Below are positions 55,763 through 64,000 of a DNA stretch of 64,000 bases, in pieces. The stretch lies in assembly GCA_012295275.1 (NCBI GenBank), contig CM022671.1, positions 34,100,001-34,164,000 on the forward strand, read 5' to 3'. The notes beneath the pieces were generated by a model, which searched no databases, had not been told where the DNA came from, and saw nothing but the letters and a program-made list of their open reading frames with translations. Source of the DNA: Chrysomallon squamiferum (lineage: Eukaryota; Animalia; Mollusca). Numbering within the stretch: position 1 is the stretch's first letter; the number at the start of each line of letters is the position of its first letter. Made by a program: the position numbers and the translations under genes.

Positions 55763-57604
55763 ATCTCAGCCAGTTAAAATTTGTGGTGAAAAAAATAATC
55801 ATGATAATAATTGTGGTTGTGTTGGGTTTTTTTTTTACAAAAGAAGAAAAAAAAAAAAAAAAGGAAATGATGAGAAGAGAAGAAATAACTGAAAGAAAAA
55901 GGCCTGTTGGAAAGAAAAATGAAGCTAGGAAGGAATTGGGCCAAAAAAAAAAGAAAAAAGAGGAGATAATCCAGATTTACACTTAGGCTGAAGAGGGTTT
56001 TTCAAAAAAAAAAAAAACCTATTTAATTTTTTTTTTTTTTTTTTTTTCAATTTTGTGGCATTATGGAGATTCTAGAATGGAATTTTGATGCAGAAGATTT
56101 TTTGTTGGAACAATGAAGCTTTTTATTCATTCAGGACCTTTGAAGAATAGCTTTATTTTATTCAAGATTTATTCAAATAATTTTGTTTTGTTTTTGGACG
56201 ACTGAATGTTTTTACATTCGTGAAAAGGAAATCTTGTCAGAATTATATTGTGAATTTTCTTGTTTATTTTTTTTTTTTAGTGTATGGGGCCACAATATTG
56301 ATGAATGTTAGTTTAACCTAGAGAGAGACTGTCTCGTTTTTACTAGTGCATTGTGGGAAAGAAAATCATTATCCTGATGCCATGTTGTTTTTGTATTTTA
56401 GAACGAGTGAAAGACTTGTGTTTTTTTGGTACAAGACTTTAATTGTGCTATTAATAATATTATTAATTGTTTTAGTTTTTTGGTCCGAGAACAGTTCTCA
56501 GACATTTTATATAAATTTGTAAAATAAATAATTAAATAATAATAATAATAATAATCAGGAATTGGTTGCAAAGGACAAAACCAAGTAACCTTGGTAACCA
56601 TGAACTTATATATAGATTTGTTATTGGCAAATCCAGAAACACCCCCCTCCAAATCCTTCATCATTTAGTTTGGAGAGGGGAATTTTATTTTTATTTTTAT
56701 TTTTTTGTAATTCGATCTCGGTGGATTGTCTCATTTTGTGTGTTAGATTTATTTTCACTAATAAATCTGAAGAATTTTCTAATCAGATGATGGTGAAAAA
56801 TTACTACTGAAAAACATATAAAATCAAAATCAAACTTTGATTTTAAATTTCATCTTCAATGATTTTTTTTTTTTTTGTTTCTTTTGGTTTTGTACATTTT
56901 TAAAAGAAAAAAAAGAAAATTTAGCAGAAGGTGCTGACATTAGCCTATGACAAAAGGTTTTTTCCTGATGTAAAAACCTTGTACATATTTTAGATTTTTA
57001 AATAATTATAGATACAAGTGATGTGCACCATGTGTTTGTGTGTGGGTATATTCATAACTAGTATATTCTGATTACAATTTGCAGTGAAGTGTGTGCAATA
57101 CATTTTTTTTTTTTTTTTTTTTTTAATGAATGGGCACAATAATTATGTTGTTTGATCTCAGTTTTAAAAAGCAAATTTAATATTTTGAATGACTGTTTTG
57201 CTAAAACAAATGTCCCATTTTAAAAAGAAACAAATATACATTATATTACTTTTAAAAGAAACTACAAAAACTGGTGTTTAAACCTATGGAGCTCTAAGGA
57301 AAAACTGCAAAACAAATTTATTTTGGTGACGACACTATTCACAACTTGTAAATAAAGTTAAAAAATACGAGTATGTTATTCATAAATTATAAGTCATTAA
57401 ATTTGAATATATTTATTCATATTTGAATAATTAATATTCAGTTCATTTAGCTAAGTTAATTTTGATTAACTTTACAAGTTTCAAATATATGACTGCAAAA
57501 TGTTTGTATTTATTGTTAAAATAACCTAAATAAAAATTATGTTAAGAAAAATTAATTGAGATATATATTTCAAATTATATTTAATTTTTAAATTTAATTC
57601 ACAA

Positions 57605-57635
<31 letters not shown>

Positions 57636-58169
57636 GGGTTTTGAAATTTAAATATTTTTGACAGATTTCCTTACAGTCTTCACAGATATTGGCCAGTGTT
57701 TCAGATTTATTTATTTATGTATAGAATTAATAATTTGTATTGTATAGGAAAGTTTGACACCATTCCTTTGAGACTAGTTATTGAGATAAAATAACTATAT
57801 ACATGTATGTATATAATCATCATAAAAAAGCTATGTATAGTTCTCATTAATCAACATTTCTGATATACAAAGAAGTTTACTTATTTTTCAGAAAAATATT
57901 GAAACTGTTAGATACAGTGTCAGTGTTTTGTAATTATAATGAACTGATTTTAAGAAATTGTTTGACATACTGGTGATGTATACTTTGATAAAAATTAAAA
58001 TTAAAATAAAAAAAAAAGATTAAAAAAAAAATTAATGTCTGCACTAACTCCCAAGCAGATGATTTTAAACAGTTCTGTTTAAATTGTTCATTGTTAATTA
58101 TTCAAATTTGGAATTTTATTTTATTTTATTCAAGTTGTGTTATCAATTTTAAATTTGTTTGTATTTGTT

Positions 58170-58202
<33 letters not shown>

Positions 58203-60323
58203 TTTTTTTTTTTTTATTAATTTATTATTATTTATTTATTAATTCATTTTATTAATATTTATGTTTGTTAATTTATTTATTTATTTATTGCCTGATTGGG
58301 AGATAGTACATGTATTTTGTCTGTTCCAGAAACAGAATCATTTAATTCTGTCATTGCAGAATAATCCTAATGTGTTCATATTTGTATTAGCAAAAATCAA
58401 AATAATCTTTCTTTTTTCCTTTTTTTCTTAAATATTACAAACACTCCATAAAATGGAAGTTTATCATTAGAAAATAACTATGTTGGTTTGAGGACTTCTT
58501 TCTTCTGAAATGTTCTGTTCACATCATTATTTGAAACAGTTTTGTTTATTTAAATTACTATTTGATAAGCCCAGCTCACTCTTAAAGGTATGCTTAGATC
58601 ATTTTGTTAACAAATCAAGGAAAGGTTAATTTTTGTAATTTTGATAAGCATTTTATATGTGATAAACTTTAAGCTTATTCTTTAATTTCTGTAGTTAAAT
58701 GGAAATTTTTTCTTTGATCTATTTGAAAATAAATTATGAGTAAAGTAATCTAGGTTGATGCTCATCTAACTTGTTTTTTTTTAAAGACAAGATTTATTTT
58801 CAAAACAAGTTGATGAATTTTATATATTTGATAAATTTCTCTGGATCATGAAAAATAAATAACTCATTTATGTAATAATAATACTAATCTTCTAGTTTCA
58901 GTTTAAATAATAAATCTTTTTACATTAATGTAAGACAAATTAAATTTAAAAAATAATAAACATATTTTGAAAATATTTGTTTCAAAGACAAACATTTATA
59001 GCTTAATCTGTCACAGGCATTTATTCTTTGTAATCTCAGAAATTTAATTTGTAACTTCAGTAGCCTATACAGCAAAATAGTTTTAAACTAGATTTTTTAA
59101 TTTATTTAGTTTATTTATTTGTATTCTCTGTTGAATCCTTTCAAGAACCTGTTACCATGGATGCTCTTCATTATTCTTAATACTGATGATTAATCATTGC
59201 TGAATCAAATTATTTTTAGTCTTTTTTTGTAAATATTAATGATGATTTCCATGATATTAGATCACACAGTCTCATCTTTCTTTTTTCTTTTTTTGTAAAA
59301 AATAACATAGTGAAGAACTGCTCTCCATTATTATCTAGATGACGTTTAATTAAAAAAAAAAGAAAAAAAGTGAGATGTCTGTTTTATGATTGATTATTAT
59401 TGAAAGGTGTAATTTGTGCACCTCAGTGAGTTCTTTGACACCTTGCAGGTGTAATTATTACCTTACTGCACAGTGACAGTTAAACATGCTTGTACTGGGG
59501 AAAGAAAAAATATATACTGAAAAAAAAAAAGTTCTTTTCAGCTGACTAATTTGATACAGAATTTTTTTTTTTTTTCACCCTCAGAAATAACACCCAAGTT
59601 GATAAATCAGATAATTTATTTATTTACTTTTTTTTTTATTTTATTATCCCAATTTTTATGACATTAAATTTAGAATCTGTGAAATAAAAGTGTGACCCCC
59701 TCTAAAAAAAAACACAACCAAAAACAAATATTAAAAATGGCACTATTAAATGTTTCTGTATTGTTCTGGTTGGTTTTTTTTTTTTTTTTTTTTTTTTTTT
59801 GTACGATAATGAAATACCATTACAAGCATATAGCAAACAAATGATGTACATTTATTTTATTTTTATGAAAAACACTGATCAGATTTATGAGTGTGTGTTG
59901 TTGTTTTGTTTTCTTCTTCTTAATCAAAACAAAAAAAATGTCTTCCTTTGATTAGATTTAACCTTAATGTTCAAAGCGTTGTGGTGTGCATTCTTCAGGA
60001 AATCATCAAGCATAATCAACTGTCTGTTGTAATTTATGTGCAGATTATTTGTAGTATACATGGCAACAAATCGGTGAAACAATAGACTTGTCATTGTGTG
60101 TAGATGATCATTTTGCTCTTACGTAACAACACACGGTAATCTATTTATACATGACATGCAGGAGCATGAGTTTTATTTTGTGTGCACGAGTGTATGCTGT
60201 CATTTTCTTCTCCAGATGTTTTTTCTTTTTCTTTTTTAAATAATAATAATTGTTATTATTTTAAAAGATATATTATGTGTGTAGTGTTGTAAATCAAATC
60301 TAGCTGATGCCAAATGTTCTACT

Positions 60324-60337
60324 GTTGCCATGGTAAC
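60324..60337. promoter_or_regulatory. RFX X-box
   Basis: GTTGCCATGGTAAC matches the RFX consensus GTTRCCATGGYAAC. Confidence 0.5.
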
Positions 60338-60825
60338 TGGTCACAACGTGTTAGTTATTGTTGGGATATTAGACTCGGTTGGCCAGATCTGTTGGTGGTG
60401 TGGTGCATTTATTTATTTATTTATTTATTTATTTATTATTATTATTATTATTATTGTTATTATTTTTATTATTATTATTATTATTATTACAGACCCTTCC
60501 ATGAAAATTTCTTCTCTTTTTGTGGGTTTTTCAATGTATTTTTTGTTTTTCACTTTTCCAAACAGAAGTAAAATGAAGGTGAAATTAAGATGTCTCAGAG
60601 AGTTAGACAGTGGATTTGTAAATGGATGAAGTAAATAATTAATATAAGATAATATACTAACTGGCACATTTATTTGCAAAAATAACAATTTTAAAGAATA
60701 TTAATACAGCTTTTGATACATATTCAGAATGTAAAACAGAAATATTCAAAGCCAGAAGTGTTAAATTTTCAAAATCTGGAATTAGCTTGACAGGCTATTA
60801 TAATTGTTTTCATTATTATTATTAA

Positions 60826-60826
60826 C

Positions 60827-60862
<36 letters not shown>

Positions 60863-60869
60863 GTTGTTA

Positions 60870-60918
<49 letters not shown>
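60826..60918. repeat. (ATCATT)n/(ATT)n compound microsatellite
   Basis: Direct inspection; many similar (ATT)n and (ATTT)n tracts throughout the window. Confidence 0.9.
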
Positions 60919-60919
<1 letters not shown>

Positions 60920-61399
60920 TAGAACTTTCTAAATTCAGAGCTTCCAGTGAAAAACCTTTAGATAGGATTCACAGTTTATGCAACTGAGGCCATGTTTGTC
61001 TTTTTTAATGGTGATCTTACAACAGAATAACATGAACAAAAATCAGTTTTAAAAATTGCAAAACTTAAACTAGTGTTGTTTGCTTCACTTGTTCTAACTC
61101 ACTCTGACATCAATTTCACCTGTGAGTTATTATTATTACTACTGTATTTATTTTATATTTAATTTGAAAACAAGAAACAAAAAAGCCTTCAAAATGCACT
61201 TACAGAGATACCAGATGTTACCCAGTACCTCACAGATTTTCATCTCATTAGTTGTACAGATGTGATGAATATTTTTTTTCTTCTTGTTGATTGTGTTTTT
61301 TTAGTCCATGAATCTCTGCCGGTGGTTTTATTAATCAATTCATCATGAAATTTTTAACTCAACATCTTCATATTATTTTTGTTTTCTTTCTCTTTGTAA

Positions 61400-61640
61400 T
61401 GGAAGTTATAACAAGTGATTATTCACTGAAGTTGTAACCAGTGGTTATTTTCTGAAATTGTAACCAGTGGTTATTAACTGTAATTGTAACCAGTGGCTTT
61501 TATAGAATTTGTAAGAAGTGTTATTTACTGAAGTGTTACCAGTAATTATCACTGAAGTTGCAATCAGTAGTCATTACTGAAGTTTATAACTATGGTAGTT
61601 ACTGAAGTTTATAACCAATTGTTATATACTGAAGACTAAA
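61400..61640 (+). repeat. Degenerate minisatellite, ~25-bp unit TTATT.ACTGAAGTTGTAACCAGTGG
   Basis: About 9 recognisable copies in tandem. Confidence 0.88.
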
Positions 61641-64000
61641 AACCAGAGGCCATGATATTTTTTGGTTCCTAGTTTATAGTTGTGTGTAAGAATTTACAAA
61701 TGATAAAATATTTCATTGTTCAGATTCATTGAAGAAATTGGAGTCATATTGTTTAATCATTTGTATTTGAATTGAAGCAGAATTTTATATTGTATCAAAT
61801 AACTTAGTTATTTGAAGGTGATGTTTAAGGATTTTATATTTAATAACAAACGCAAAGTAATTTCATTTTAAAAACATTGTACTTTCAACATCTTTGACTT
61901 CTTCCGTTCATTTATTAATAATTATAATTTTGCCCTTAAAAAACAAATAAAACAACAAAGAAAAAACAATCAGGAAAACACATAATTTATATTTTTTTAA
62001 ATATAATTATGCACATCCCATAAACATTAAATTAATGTTAGTGACTTCTTATACTATAACTATTTTTTTATAATCATTATTACTCTGATCAAACCAGTTA
62101 TAGATATACCTCCATATATACCTCAGAATGCTGGCTATGCACCACTCTGTCCAATCCAAATTTATTTAATTTCATCATTTATAAATAAATTTACTTCACC
62201 TCAGATTGTGAATCTTTTCACTGCAGTACATGATTACAGTTTTTAATAACATAAAATTAAATGGCCTTTTTTTTTTTTTTTTTTTTGAAAGAATGAGAAT
62301 AATAATATTTTAAAATAATTATGTCTTTTTAAATTTTACATAATATTATTATATTTAATATCATTTCCCAGAAGATAGACGTGTCTATTTTTGAAACATA
62401 TTTTTAAAACATTTAAATTTTCTTTTGTTTATTTATATATTTACTTATGTATTTATTTATTAGTACTTATTTATTTACTGACATAATTATTTATTTATTT
62501 ATTCATTTATTCATTTCAGGACTGTAATGTGAAGTACATAGCTGGCTTAATAATTAAAACTTTAAAAAAAGATTTGTGCTTAGCTCCTTACCAAAATAAT
62601 TTATTTTATATTAAAGACCAATATTTTTTTCCCCACAGAACAATACATATCAAAATTCATTCATGTTTCCTCTATTTAACTCAACTGCTTTATTCATGAA
62701 CTAAAACATGGGCTTTATTTTCGTGAGCTTGAATATTAATTTATAATTTTTGATGAAATTATACAAGTTTATTTCATTTTGTACCATTATTATTATTAGT
62801 GTAATTATTATTGCTGCTACTACAGATGTTTTACTTAATTTTTTGTTTAATCGATGTAAAATATTTTACATGCTGGAATCACAATAAGTCAGTTACAAAA
62901 ATTAATAAAATACGAGGTGTTAGAAAACTGCACATTTATTAGCAATAATATTGTATAGTTGTCTTTAAATTGAAACTAAGTAGCTGTATATATGTGATTT
63001 CACTCGGACTGGTGTTTGAACAACTTTCGTTTTCATCTTTTGCTAGCATCAACTTTTAAAGAATATATGCAGTGAAATAATTGTACATATTTTGATGTGC
63101 AGTTTTCTAACCCAGTATGATTTTGTTACTGATTTTAAGAATATTACTTCAGATAAAGACAAACAAATTGATTTTAAAACAAATTCAAATAATGAAATCA
63201 TTTACAGAATTTTCATGAAGAGATACATATATATATATATATGTATGTATGTATCTGATAAAGAAAAGGTATCTTAATTAAAACAAAGAATACCATATTA
63301 ATTAACCTACAACTTAAAATAGTCTTATTGTAAATCATGAATGTATAAATTATTATTAATATCCAAATATTACTGTTTCAGCTGCATCTGAAACAAACAT
63401 ATTATTTATTATTATTTTTTCAATTTAATTTTTTTTTTTAAAGAAAGAAAAAGGCTTGTATTAGACTCTGTTGATTTAAAGAGATTTGTTAGTGTATCTT
63501 TCTTCTCTCCACGTTTTCTGTGCTACTGAATTAATTTATTAGAGGTATGTTGCCTGAAAGCATAATCCATCTGTTGTTGTTGTTGTTGTTGTTGTGCTTG
63601 TGTTGCTCTTTTTTGCATCAGCTTTTTACATTTTTCATTTCATCATTTTAATTTCATCACAGAACGAACTGGACCAAAATGTTTATTAAATGTATAAAGA
63701 AACAAATACTGTTTAGCATGTTGTCTTTTTACAAGTTTGTCCTATAGAATATATTGCCATATTTAGTATAGAGAGTGTGGTAACAATGATAATAATAATA
63801 ATGATGATGATGATGATGATAATGAATAAAAAAAAAAAGTTAAAAACAAAAACAAAAAATAATTATAAAAAAGCAAACCTTTATACATATTAATGAATAA
63901 AAAATAAAAAATAAGAATAACAAATTTAAATATATATGTTGTATATGTACTAAAAAAATAAAATAGTAATAAATTATTTTTAAATTTTTACATTAAATAA

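Noticed and set aside
55763-64000. Exact 3'UTR end or a second gene downstream
   Set aside because: AATAAA is too frequent in this AT-rich DNA to pick a site, and I found no exon-like coding segment.

Overview
AT-rich, microsatellite-rich eukaryotic genomic DNA. It is probably an invertebrate and plausibly a mollusc (inference from protein motifs and repeat type). The window holds one complete FoxP (forkhead box P) gene on the + strand. I reconstructed 15 coding-exon positions by hand, from 4962 to the stop at 55760-55762. All have GT-AG boundaries and consistent phases, giving about 914 aa with exon 12a or about 928 aa with exon 12b. Domains in order: Q-rich region, C2H2 zinc finger, leucine zipper, extra Q26 tract, forkhead domain, acidic C-tail with a SUMO-type VKRE motif. 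Highlights: (1) two mutually exclusive forkhead exons (RHNLS vs RTNLS, like FOXP1 18a/18b and Drosophila FoxP A/B), surrounded by competing RNA base-pairings that could hide or free the exon-12b donor; (2) a near-perfect ~170-bp inverted repeat 5.2 kb apart in intron 5, whose substitutions are mostly G-U compatible on the sense strand; (3) up to four phase-compatible alternative first coding exons; (4) clusters of forkhead, ZEB/Snail and RFX motifs. Most ORFs in the supplied track are microsatellite artefacts.
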